Below, one piece after another: positions 1 to 10,302 of a stretch of 64,000 nucleotides of DNA (position 1 is its first letter; every line of letters begins with the position of its first letter). A program made the translations under genes and the position numbers. Source of the stretch: Hyaloraphidium curvatum SAG 235-1 (Eukaryota > Fungi > Monoblepharomycota); NCBI GenBank assembly GCA_025558095.1, contig JAIVFI010000008.1:1-64000 (forward strand). Direction: 5' to 3'. The notes below the pieces were generated by a model. The model made no database searches. It was given only the letters and a program-made list of their open reading frames with translations, and was not told the origin of the DNA.

Positions 1-1
1 C

Positions 2-202
2 AGCGGCACCCTCGTCTTCGGGACGTCGGTCTCCGGGGGCTTTTTCGGCTCGCACGACCTGAACGTCGCCGTCGGAGTCACCGTCGGCTTCCCGGTCACG
101 GCGCTCGTCGCGGGAACCAACGTGTCTGGGACCGTCAGCGTGACCACCAACGACCCGTTGCGGCCCACCTTCAGCTTCACCGTGCTGGCGGACGTGGTGT
201 GA
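2..202 (+). CDS. 3' end of a gene entering the window; C-terminal Ig-like beta-sandwich (choice-of-anchor D/ASH-like)
   Basis: Frame from nt 2 reads SGTLVFG...VSGTVSVTTNDPLRPTFSFTVLADVV* (TGA 200-202). TNDP..P.F.F.V is a typical Ig-like domain ending. Confidence 0.5.
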   Translation, partial: SGTLVFGTSVSGGFFGSHDLNVAVGVTVGFPVTALVAGTNVSGTVSVTTNDPLRPTFSFTVLADVV

Positions 203-292
203 TGCCACCAAAGCTGGGCCATGGCCCGCACGTCAATAAAGGTCAGGTTGCCTGTGCAATTGTCCGCCACATCGCCCGGCCGCTGCCGAGCC

Positions 293-2428
293 CTACTCCT
301 CCCTCAGCAACCCCCCCTCCTCCCCGCCCTCCTCGGCCGGATTCCACCCCTCGGGCTTGCGCAGGGCCTCGTCCTCCCCCGCCGCGAACGGATCCACCGC
401 CGTCTCCCCGCCCTCCCCGTCCGCCCCGCCGAACCCCGCCCACCCCTCCCGCGGCGTCCCCGGCGGCGGCGGCTCCCTGATCCCCGTCCGCGTCGCGGAG
501 CTCGGCAGCCTCGCCACGGCGGGGGCCGCCGGCGAGGGCGGGAGCAGCGGCGGCACCTCCGTCGGGCTGAGCGGCGCCCTTGCCATCCGCTTGGCCAGCG
601 ACATTGCGGCGACGGGGCTCCGGGGGCTGCGCGGGCTCGCGTGCGGGGTGCTGTTGGCCGCCACCGCGAACGCCGCCAGCGCCGCCGCCGCGGCCTCCCT
701 TGCCCTGTCGAGCTCGGACCCCTTGGGGGCCTCGACCCGCCCCAGCGCCTCGAGGAGCCTCTCCACCGCGTCCGCGGTGCTCTTCCTCCTCCCCGCCCCC
801 CGGCGCGCAAACGCCTCCTCCTCCCCCTCCCCCCCGTCCTCCCCATCGTCGTCGCTCCCACCCTCCAGCTCGTCGTGCGCCCCGGCCCCCTTCTTGCTCC
901 GCGCCTCCTCCTCCTCCTGCATCCGGACGACCTCGCGCATGAACCCCTCGCGGTCGTGCGCCTGGCGCGCCCACAGCGCGGCGGTGGAGGCAAAGTAGGT
1001 GAGGGTGCCGATGCCGAGGAAGACAAAGACGTTGAAGTAGGCGAGGCCGCCCGAGGAGGAGGGGTAGAGGTCGCCGTAGCCGATCGTCGAGAAGCTGGGG
1101 AGCGGGGGCGGAAGCGTCAGCCGGCCTTGGCAGCCGGGCGCTACCGCACGCGCCACCCACCTGATGAAGGAGAAGTAGAAGGCGTCGAAAAAGGTCCACT
1201 TTTGGTCCGACTCGGTCCAGAAGAAGATGGCCGACGAGAGCAGCCAGAAGACCAGCAGGGCGAGGAGCGAGCCGACGAAGCGCCGGCGGAAGTTGGGGAT
1301 CAGGTCCGCGATGGACTGCGCGGTGAGGGCCGGCGGTTCGTCGCCGGCCGGTTGGCCACCGTCCGAGGGGGCCGTGCCGTTCGCCGGATGGGTATCGGCC
1401 ATCTCGAGGTCCCCCTTGCCCGGCGCGGCGTCCGGCTCCGCGGCAACGTCCACCTCGACCGCCGCGCCCCCCTTGAGCCTCAACAACCTCGCCACCCCGT
1501 CCCACCCCGCCTCGAGCCCGTCCATGATCCTCCCCCCGAACGACCTCCCCCCTCCCTCCCACTCGTCGGGGTCCAGCGCCGACAGCTCCTGGTACCCCAC
1601 GTCCTCCCTCTCCCCGCCCCTCCTGCGGCGCAGCTTGCGCCACCGCAGCATCACCCCCTCGCGCAGGCTCTCGTCCAGCGCGTCCGCGACGGACTTGATG
1701 GTCGCGGCGAACAGGCCGATGCCGAACGCCGCGCCGAGGATCACGAGGGCACGGCCGAGCGGTTCCCGCGGGGTCTTGGGGGACCCGAAGCCGATGGTGG
1801 TCAGCGTCGCGAGGACGAAGAAGGAGGCGTCGCGGTAGGACCACCGCTCGATCATGGCGAAGAGCAGCGAGAGCAGCGAGGCGTAGAGCAGCGCCGCGCC
1901 GACCCAGAACACCAGGCGCGCCTGCACGTGCGTCAGCCCCGGGCCGGCGTCGGCGAAGCCCTCCGTCCACAGCCAGTCCAGGGCGAGCAGGGCGGCGCCG
2001 GCGGCGGCCAGCAGGCCCGAGGACAGCGTGTTGTAGTAGCCCTCGCTGTACTCCCAGTTGTCGGGCAGCGGGCGCGTGGCGAGGTAGTACCACAGGCAGA
2101 GGGCGAGGGCGGTGACGGCCAGCGCGCACAGCAGGCCCAGGGCGGCAGCCGACGAGCGCACCGTCGCGGCCGGGCGGAACGGGGCCAGCCGCGCGCGCTG
2201 GCCGAGGGCGACGCACGCCGCGGCGCCGAGCAACGTCGTCAGCGCCGACGCCGCCCACACCGCGGGCCCTTTGGTCGGCGCCGGCTTTGCCGGGTCGTCG
2301 GGCTGCTCGAAACTCTTTGAGATGAGCCCAAACAGCGCGAAGATGGCGGCGAGCGGCGCCGCGAGGAAGCCGAACACGGGGAGATACCGCACCGCCGGCC
2401 GCCCGGACTCGCCCACGCCGGGCGCCAT
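293..2428 (-). CDS. TOK1: Two-pore (TOK-type, 8 TM) outward-rectifier potassium channel
   Basis: Two pore loops (TTIGFG and FSTIGYGD) and four extra N-terminal hydrophobic helices. Removing an in-frame 66-nt intron (1095-1160, GTGGGT..CTGAC..CAG) restores FISFSTIGYG. Confidence 0.88.
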   Translation of the reverse strand: MAPGVGESGRPAVRYLPVFGFLAAPLAAIFALFGLISKSFEQPDDPAKPAPTKGPAVWAASALTTLLGAAACVALGQRARLAPFRPAATVRSSAAALGLLCALAVTALALCLWYYLATRPLPDNWEYSEGYYNTLSSGLLAAAGAALLALDWLWTEGFADAGPGLTHVQARLVFWVGAALLYASLLSLLFAMIERWSYRDASFFVLATLTTIGFGSPKTPREPLGRALVILGAAFGIGLFAATIKSVADALDESLREGVMLRWRKLRRRRGGEREDVGYQELSALDPDEWEGGGRSFGGRIMDGLEAGWDGVARLLRLKGGAAVEVDVAAEPDAAPGKGDLEMADTHPANGTAPSDGGQPAGDEPPALTAQSIADLIPNFRRRFVGSLLALLVFWLLSSAIFFWTESDQKWTFFDAFYFSFIRWVARAVAPGCQGRLTLPPPLPSFSTIGYGDLYPSSSGGLAYFNVFVFLGIGTLTYFASTAALWARQAHDREGFMREVVRMQEEEEARSKKGAGAHDELEGGSDDDGEDGGEGEEEAFARRGAGRRKSTADAVERLLEALGRVEAPKGSELDRAREAAAAALAAFAVAANSTPHASPRSPRSPVAAMSLAKRMARAPLSPTEVPPLLPPSPAAPAVARLPSSATRTGIREPPPPGTPREGWAGFGGADGEGGETAVDPFAAGEDEALRKPEGWNPAEEGGEEGGLLREE

Positions 2429-2576
2429 GGCAAGCGCGGGCGACGCGTAACGGTAACTGTCGACGGGCTAGGTCGTTAGGGGCCGCAGGAGCCGGGAAGC
2501 CTAGGACGGTTGTTTAAGGCGTCGAATTTCTCTATTTGCCGCGCCGTCAGCGAAACGCGTCGCCGCAACCTGTGCG

Positions 2577-3940
2577 ATGCCAGCAAAGGGACCGGACGCC
2601 GGTGTTCCGCTCCTGCACTCCTGGCTGCAGCTCACGCGCGGGTCTGGCCGGCCGGGCTGGCGATGGTGCGCCCTTCGCGAGGCGGGGACCCTGGCGTTCG
2701 GCGAGGACAAGGCGCGCCCGGACACCGAGCTCGACATCAAGGGGGCGACGGTCGCCGGGTCGGGACGGCAGATCGAGGTGGCAGCGGGCGGCGAGTCGCT
2801 CACGCTGAGATGCGCCACGGAGCCCGAGGCGGACGCGTGGCGCGCGGCGCTCGCAAAGTTCGCGGACGGCATTCCGGGTAAGGGGGCAGACCCGGTCGCT
2901 AAGGACGCTGATAAGGAGGACACGCATTCGGAGGGGCGGGATGGGACGGCCGATGAGACGGCTTCCATGGAGCACCGACCCGCGAACAAGCACCAACCGC
3001 CCCCGAAGCGCCCGCCGCGGCCGCCCCCGAAACCCGCGCACCTCGGTGACGAAGATCACGAACCTCCTGCTCCCGAAGTCGCGCATCCCGCGCCGCGGAA
3101 ACCGGCTCCCATCTTGACTCTGGATACCGCCGCGGCACCCGAGGAACCGGCCTCGGCGCCCGCGGCACCTCCCTCCCCCCGCGCGCTGAGCCCCCCCCCT
3201 CCTTCCCCGCGCAAACCCAACTACGCCCCTCCACCGCCCCCGCAACGCTCCGCCAGCCCCGCCCCCGCGCTCCCGCCCCGCTCACCGAGCCCCGTGCCCG
3301 CCCCACCCGCGCGACAACCGAGCCCCGCCCCAAACCTCACCATCCAAACCGATCCCACCCCCCCTCCCATCGTCGCACCCACCCCCGTCGCGCCCCCCGC
3401 CGCAGCCCGCACGCCCACCGAGCCCGCGCCCGACGCGGACGTGCAGCTCCTCAGCGGGATGAAGCTCAAGCCCGTCTCCCCCGCCCCCCCGGAAGAACCG
3501 TGGCACTTTGGGAAGCACCTCCGGAAGCTCTCCGAATCCGTGGTCGAGGGCGCCGGGGAGATGGGCGAGATGATCTCGCGCGCCATCTCGCCCAGGCCCG
3601 AGCTCGAGCAGGCCGCGGCGGCCGACGAGCCGGACTATTCCCGGTACGTGGGGAGGACGGTCAAGGTGGTCAAGCCCCATACGGCGGGCAAGGCGAGCGA
3701 GCTGACGGTGTGCGCGGGGGAGAAGGTGACCGTCCTGGCGGTGACCGAGACGCGGTGGGCGAAAGGGTGGGTTTCTGCGGCGCGGGCGCCGCGTTGCGGG
3801 GCTGATGAACGGACAGGGCGAGCACGGAAACGGGGAACATGGGGTATTTCCCGCTGGTGTGCCTGGCGTACGTGGGCAAGGAGGAGGTTGCGGATGCGGG
3901 AGCGGCGAACGGGGTGGGCAAGGCGGACGGGGCGGCGTGA
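2577..3940 (+). CDS. PH domain + proline-rich linker + C-terminal SH3 adaptor protein
   Basis: N-terminal PH-like segment (WRWCAL...EADAWRAAL), long PxxP region, SH3 (ELTVCAGEKVTV..WAKG..MGYFPL). Intron 3767-3816 (50 nt) joins WAKG to ASTETGNMGYFP; stop 3938-3940. Confidence 0.75.
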
Positions 3941-4160
3941 TGCGTGTTGCATCGCAGCAATCCATTTGGCGCGATAACCTAGTGGCATCGAGTTACTCAT
4001 GTAGTACGACGCCGGCGGATAGACCAGACCAGACCAGATCATCTCGCAGCTCGGAAGCAGCCGTCCGTGCCGGCGCCCGGCCGTGGCCGGCCGGCGGGGT
4101 TATCGCGGGGTTCCGGAAGGTCCCTTGGTGCGGACTGCTGCGGCTCCTCAACGCACCGCC

Positions 4161-5225
4161 ATGCTCGCGAGCCTGCACCCGACGGCGCGCACGGCGGGCG
4201 TGGCTACCCTCTCAGTTTTCGTCGTGCTCTCCGTCTCGGCGCTGCTCGGCACCCCGGCGGGCCCCGACGGCGCGGCCCCGCCCGCCGACGCCGCCGCGGC
4301 CCCGCCCGCCCCGCCCGCCCCCGCCGCCGTGCACAAAACGGTCGCGGCGTTCCTCGACGGCTGCCAGTCGGTGTACTGGGACTTTGGCTCGAACTTGGGC
4401 GTGCAGCTGCGGAAACTGTTCGAGGCCGAGCTGTACGAGGGCGCCGCCATCGCGCCCACGTTCGACCGCTGGTTCGGCAACGCCACCGCCCGCCGCCTCC
4501 CCGGGGCCGTCTGCGCGGTCGGCGTCGAACCGAACCCTCTCCACGCCCCGCGGCTCAGAGCCCTCGAGGCGTGCCACGGTCTCATGGGCTGGAAGACCCT
4601 CTTCCTCCCCCGCGCCCTGTCCAACCGCGACGGGCCGGGGCTCACCTTTGCCGTGCAGGACAACGACACGCGGGAGCAGGAGTACCATTTCTGGGGCGCG
4701 AGGGTGGTCGCCGACCCGTCGGACGTGCCGGGGGCCAGGCTGGTCCAGGTGGAGGGGGTCGACGCCGCGGGGCTGATCCTCGCCGGCGGGGAAAGGAGGC
4801 TGCCCGATCCGCCGGTGCCCACGGACCGCAGGCCCTTTACGGGGGCCAAGATCGACGTGGAGGGGGCCGAGTACGACGTCCTGTCGTCGCTGCTGTTCAG
4901 GGGCGCGCTGCGGTTCCTGGACGAGGCCAACATCGAGTGGCACCCGATCCCGGAGCGGTTCCGGGGCCCGTACCAGCGCCTGAGGGACGCCGTGGCCAAC
5001 CTGCTCCACGACTCGGACAACTCCACGGTCGTGGCCATGCGGGGCGGCCGGACGACCAAGACCGTCGACGGGGACGACGAGAGCTTCGTGCACGACGGCA
5101 GGCCGTGGCCGTGCAAGTGCGCCGGCATGCTGCCCGAGGGGGTGGGCGGCGGGAAGGCGTGCACCGAGATCGGGGAGGGCGGGAAGCTGGAGCTGCGGGC
5201 GGAGCCGGATCCGGCGCCGCCGTGA
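4161..5225 (+). CDS. FkbM-like SAM-dependent methyltransferase with N-terminal membrane anchor (copy 1)
   Basis: Intronless. TM helix (VATLSVFVVLSVSALLG), DFGSNLG SAM motif, GVEPNP, KIDVEGAE, IEWH. Confidence 0.75.
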   Translation: MLASLHPTARTAGVATLSVFVVLSVSALLGTPAGPDGAAPPADAAAAPPAPPAPAAVHKTVAAFLDGCQSVYWDFGSNLGVQLRKLFEAELYEGAAIAPTFDRWFGNATARRLPGAVCAVGVEPNPLHAPRLRALEACHGLMGWKTLFLPRALSNRDGPGLTFAVQDNDTREQEYHFWGARVVADPSDVPGARLVQVEGVDAAGLILAGGERRLPDPPVPTDRRPFTGAKIDVEGAEYDVLSSLLFRGALRFLDEANIEWHPIPERFRGPYQRLRDAVANLLHDSDNSTVVAMRGGRTTKTVDGDDESFVHDGRPWPCKCAGMLPEGVGGGKACTEIGEGGKLELRAEPDPAPP

Positions 5226-5395
5226 ACTTGTTCCCGGTGAACGAATCCGGATGTCTGATTCGCCAGTGCCGTCTTCCATGCCGAGTCCGTCCTTGGTCCC
5301 CTCTGCGGCTTTATGACGGGCGGTTTACGTTTGGGGCGGCGGGTTGCGCGCGACCCGTCGCGGTTCTCTCCTCGGGTCCCCACTCGTCATCCGCT

Positions 5396-6463
5396 ATGGC
5401 GGCCCGCCTCGAGCGGCTGCACCCGGCCGCGCGCACGGCCGTCGTCGCGGCCATCTCGCTCTTTGCCGTGCTGTCCGTCTCGGCGCTGCTCGGCACGCCC
5501 GACGCCGCGCCGCCGGCCGCGCCGCCCGACGCGCCCGCGCTTTTCGACGCCGCCGCGGAGGCGCACGCGGCCGTCGCCGCCTTCCTCGCCGGCTGCCAAT
5601 CTGTTTATTGGGACTTCGGGTCCAACATCGGCGTGCAGCTGCGGAAGCTGTTCGAGGCCGAGCAGTACGGCGGCGCCGCCATCCTGCCGACCTTCGACAG
5701 GTGGTTCGGCAACGTGACCGAGCGGCGATTACCCGGAGCCGTCTGCGCCGTGGGCGTCGAGCCCAACCCGCTGCACCTCCCGCGGCTCCGCGCCGTCGAG
5801 GCGTGCCACGGGAAAATGGGCTGGAAGACGCTGGTGCTCGCCCGCGCCCTGTCGAACCGCGACGGGCCGGGGCTCCTGTTCGCAATCAGCGTCAACAACA
5901 CCAGGGAGGCCAAGCACAACTTCTGGGGCGCGATGGTGGTCTCGGACGCCTCCGAGGTCCCCGGCGCGCGGCTGGAGGCCGTGGACGGCATCGACGCGGC
6001 CAAGCTGATCCACGCCGGCGCCGCCCGCCGGCTGCCCGACCCGCCGGTGGAAACGGGCCGCCCGCCCTTCATGGGGGCCAAGGTGGACGTCGAGGGCGCC
6101 GAGTACTCGGTCGTGTCCGCGCTGCTCTTCCGCGGCGCGCTGCAGCACCTCCGCGAGGCCAACATCGAATGGCACCCCATTCCGGAGAGGTTCAAGGGCC
6201 CGTACGGGCGGCTGCGGTACGCCGTGGACAATCTGCTCAGGGATTCGGACAATTCCACGGTGGTGGAGATGCGGGGCGGGCCGACGACGAAGGCGGTGGA
6301 CGCGGACGACGAGAGCTTCCTGCACGACGGGAGGCCGTGGCCGTGCCGGTGCCTGGACATCATCCCCGAGGGGTTAAAGAGGGGGAGCAACTGCACGGAG
6401 ATCGGGGAGGGCGGGAGGTTGGAGATGCGGTCGGCGCCGGCGCCGGCGCTGGCACCGCCGTGA
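5396..6463 (+). CDS. FkbM-like SAM-dependent methyltransferase with N-terminal membrane anchor (copy 2, tandem paralog)
   Basis: Same motifs (DFGSNIG, GVEPNP, KVDVEGAE, IEWH) and colinear with copy 1 over its whole length. Confidence 0.75.
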   Translation: MAARLERLHPAARTAVVAAISLFAVLSVSALLGTPDAAPPAAPPDAPALFDAAAEAHAAVAAFLAGCQSVYWDFGSNIGVQLRKLFEAEQYGGAAILPTFDRWFGNVTERRLPGAVCAVGVEPNPLHLPRLRAVEACHGKMGWKTLVLARALSNRDGPGLLFAISVNNTREAKHNFWGAMVVSDASEVPGARLEAVDGIDAAKLIHAGAARRLPDPPVETGRPPFMGAKVDVEGAEYSVVSALLFRGALQHLREANIEWHPIPERFKGPYGRLRYAVDNLLRDSDNSTVVEMRGGPTTKAVDADDESFLHDGRPWPCRCLDIIPEGLKRGSNCTEIGEGGRLEMRSAPAPALAPP

Positions 6464-6553
6464 CCGGCCAAGCGGGGGTACAGCACGGACGGGGGAGGGA
6501 GAACGCTGGAAACTCGTATGCGAGCCGCCTCAATTCACGGTGTGATGCCCACA

Positions 6554-7587
6554 TCAGGCCTGCGACGTCCAGCCCCCGTCCACCACGATGTCCTGTTCCG
6601 AGGCCGTCAGCAATCATCCTAATCGCTCCCAGAGCCGCCACGTACCTGACCGCTGATGTATCCCCCGGCCTCGGTCAGCAGGAACCACACCACCTGCCCG
6701 ATATCCTCTGGCTCCCCCACCCTCTTGAGCGGCACCTTTGTCTCGATCGCCCCCCCGGGCTTCTCCCACTCCCCCACCGCCGTCGCAGTCAGCGGCGTCG
6801 ACACGAACCCCGGGCATATCGTGTTTGCCGTGATCCCCTTTGGCCCGAGCTGGCTCGCCAGCGTCCTCCCGATCCCGCACACGGCGGCCTTGGCGGTGTG
6901 GTACGCCGTGAGCGAGGCGCCGCGGATGCCGGCGACGGAGGCGATGTTGACGATGCGGCCGCCGGGGGAGGGGAGGTGCGGGAGGGCGGCCTTGCAGACG
7001 CGCCAGACGCCGGTCTGGCAGATGTCCACGACGGCGTCCATGTTTTCCCAGAACTCCTTCTCGGGGGAGTCGGCCTTGTACTGAGGGGCGGGGGGGCGTG
7101 GCACGTGGAAGGACGGAGAGACCGACGCGAACAAGAACGAAGGGCGAGCGGAGGGGAAGGGACGCGTCAGAGGCGGAGTGGCGTGGACGGCAGGCAGAAC
7201 GCACCTCGCGGTTCACCGCCCCGATCCCCGCGCAGCACACCACGCAGTCGATCCTCCCGAACTTGGCTGCCACCTCCTCCACCGCCTCCTTGACCCTCTC
7301 GTTGTCCCGGACGTTGCACACCAGCCCGACCACGTCCTCCTTCGGCGTCCCCGCCGCCACGATCTCCGCGACGGCCTTGGCGATCCTGTCCTCGCCCAGG
7401 TCCAGGATCGCGATCTTGGCCCCGTCGTCGGCGCACACGTGCGCCACGGCGCGGCCGATGCCCGAGGCGCCGCCCGAGATGAGGACGACCTTGCCCGCGA
7501 CGGAGTGGGACAGCTTGGAAAGGCGCTGCGGCGGGCGTGAGAAGCCGAACGGGCACGGCGCTCGGCGGGGCGCACTTCGCGCGTCAT
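6554..7587 (-). CDS. Classical short-chain dehydrogenase/reductase (FabG-like)
   Basis: 4 exons (introns 7526-7575, 7081-7204, 6593-6645). SGGASGIG, NIAS, YHTAK, ICPG, IVVDGG motifs. Confidence 0.85.
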
Positions 7588-7896
7588 TTTGTGGTCCGTG
7601 CGAGGAACGGCGGGGTCTTGCGAGGTTCTTCCGGCGCCCGGCGGGTGACAAGGGACTTCGGCGCGGGTGGCAAGAGGGCGGCGAAACGCCCGCCACAATT
7701 CCCGGGAAGGGAGCACCCGGGTTGCTTAGTAAAAGTGATCATTCTACTCTCCGCGGACCCGATGCCACGTTCGGGATGCCTCCGGGGCATCCGGTCCGGA
7801 CCCGCCGGGTCGGCCCGAAAGGGAAGGCGAAAAGCGCAAAGGAGCGGGACGCGGCGGCACCCTCGAATCCTGGCGCGTCCCCGGCCCTACCGTGCC

Positions 7897-10302
7897 ATGT
7901 CCGGTCGCCGGGGTCCGCCGAAGTATGAGCGGAACAGGCGGCCCGCGTGTGACACGGGGTTCCGGGTCGGGGCGTTAGCTGTGGCGGCCGCGGCGGCGGC
8001 GCTGGTGCTCGTGCTCGGGGTGCTCGAAGTGCAGGGAGCTCCACTGGATGGCAATGGCGAACCCGATGGGCTGTCGAACGACACGGTCCCGTGGTACGAC
8101 TTCCACATCTCCAAGCCCGGCTCCACCGGTGCCGGCACGGGCCACGCGGTCGTGCGCGCGTCCGAGCTCGGCGCCGACGACGCCCGCGACGCGACCTCCG
8201 CGCTGCAGTCCGGCATAGACGCCTGCTTTCGCCTCACGACGGACAAGAACTTCGCGAGCTGCACGCTCGAGCTCACTGCCGGGTGGAACTGTGCTGCTCC
8301 AGGCGAGCCCCTCCGCGGTCGATGTTGGCTGACCCGCCGTCCCGCACAGACACCCTGACGCACCTCACCGTGCCGCAAGGCACCCGCGACTTCGCCCTTT
8401 CCGGCAACGGTGCCCGCCTCTTCTTCACCCGCCCCTCGCTCCGCCTCCCCCCCGCCACACCGGGCCGCGAACCCGAGGGCGGTTCCCTCTTCCACGTCTC
8501 CTCGTGCCTGCGGTGCGAGTTCCGCTCTTTCTCGGTGGACTGGGACCTGGCCCGCTGGCGGATCGCCTCGCTCGCGCGGCTGGCGGGCGTGCGGACCGAT
8601 TACGTGAGCAACGTGTCCTCGTGGTCCTTCGACGTGGTGGCACCCCCGGGGCCGCTGGACCGGAGGACGCTGTACGGGTTCCAGTCGGTGCACCCCGTCG
8701 ACGGCGAGACGCTGAGCATCGGGGTGCGTGGGACGAACGAGTACTACTTCACGTCCGCGCGCGGGAGCTGGGAGCGCGGGGCCGCGGACTTTTTCGTGCC
8801 CGAGGGGACGCCCCAGGGTGCGGAGGGAAACCCGGATGCGGTGGTGGTGGGGGTCACGGGTGTCATGCTGCACAGCGGGGAGGGCGGCGGGTCGGGCGGG
8901 CTGTCGCCAAACATCGCGGAGGCGCCGACGAGGGTCACAATCTCGTTCAACAGGACCATCAACGACTTTGGGAACGGGTCATCGAGCGTGCCTTCGCCGA
9001 ATGGATCTCTTTGGTGAGCCTTGCTGCGCTGCGCCATGCGTCCCTAGCTCATACTGACGTCCCGTGCGGCCGCCCTTCCCAGGATGATCAAGCACATCAG
9101 CTACGAGGTCCACGGTTTCCGCCTCCTCAACTGCGTGCACTGCTCCCTCACGGACCTCACCCTTCTCTCGGTCCCCGGCAAGGCCGTCATCATCGACCGC
9201 GGCTCCTCCGACGTGGAGATCGACGGCCTGGTCATGGATCTCCTCGAGTCTCCGACGCTCAACAGCACCCGACTCATGTCGGGGGCCGCGGACGGCGTGT
9301 TTGCCTCGCTGTCGAAGGGCAACATCCGCATCCAGAACTCCCGCTTTGGATTTCATGGCGACGACGCCGTCAACGCGCACACCGCCGTCTCCCTGTTCGC
9401 CGTGCGGTACGCCAACGCCACCGTCGACACGTCGGGCAACGCCTCGCTCCCCGCCCTGCGCTACGATGAGATCCACGTCTCCCGCTCCCCCGCCTGGCGG
9501 ATGTGGTTCTCCCCCGGCGACACCCTGGAGTTCTTCAATGCCACCTCGTACGAGCGCGCAAACGTCACCCGCACGGTCGTTCGGGCCTCGTACTCCCCCG
9601 GTCGAGGCGGCACCTGGACTCTGGCCCTCGACGCGCCGCTCAATCCGGCGATCGCGCCCTTCGCGCCCAACGCCACGCACCCGTTCGCACCCATCCCGCA
9701 CCTCGGCTTGGTCAACAACGCCTACCTCATGAGAAACGTCGTGATCCGCAACCTAACGACGCACCACCACCGCGCCCGCGGGGTGCTCGTCTCCCCCACC
9801 GCCAACGCCCTCCTCGCCGACTCCTCCTTCACCCACGTGCAGATGAGCGGCATCCTCGTGCGCGCGTGCGCCGCCTGCCAGGAAGGCATGGGCACCTCCG
9901 GCGTGCTGGTCGAAAACTGCACCCTGGACGCGGTGGATCGGACGGGGTGGCACGGTGGAATCGCTGTCGACGCGACAGATCGGGGGTGGAGGAGCGTCGG
10001 GTGGCCGGGGTTGCAGGCGGGGGTGGAGGTGCGGGAGACCGGGATCGTCAATGTGCCGGGGTGAGTTGCTTGTGTGGAGCGGCGGCCCTTTCTCGAGCCG
10101 ACGACCACGCACCTGCAGACCGGCGATCATCATGCGCGGCGCCGCCTCGCCGGTCGTCTTCGGCAATCGCTTCTCCGCTGACCGCACGCCACCATACGAG
10201 CCCGCAGTCGCCGGCCGCGTCCTGCTGGACGGATGCAACGACGTCGTGCGGGGAAACAACTCGATCTATTCGGACAAGGAAGGGGGCTGGATCCGGGAAT
10301 GA
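7897..10302 (+). CDS. Secreted/membrane-anchored right-handed parallel beta-helix protein, GH110 alpha-galactosidase-like
   Basis: 4 exons (introns 8303-8349 GC-AG, 9014-9082, 10061-10118). N-terminal hydrophobic anchor, D(A)TxALQ beta-helix cap, ADG...GDDAVNAH and RARGVLV motifs, many NxS/T sequons. Confidence 0.7.

Noticed and set aside
221-2320. Long antisense and alternative-frame ORFs here and throughout (e.g. 11131-13359, 41131-43494, 51808-53715)
   Set aside because: Arg/Pro/Gly-rich shadows expected from high GC3 on the true coding strand; no domain motifs.
4067-6463. 798-aa ORF as a single fused protein
   Set aside because: Its first half is an off-frame shadow of copy 1; the real second gene starts at 5396.
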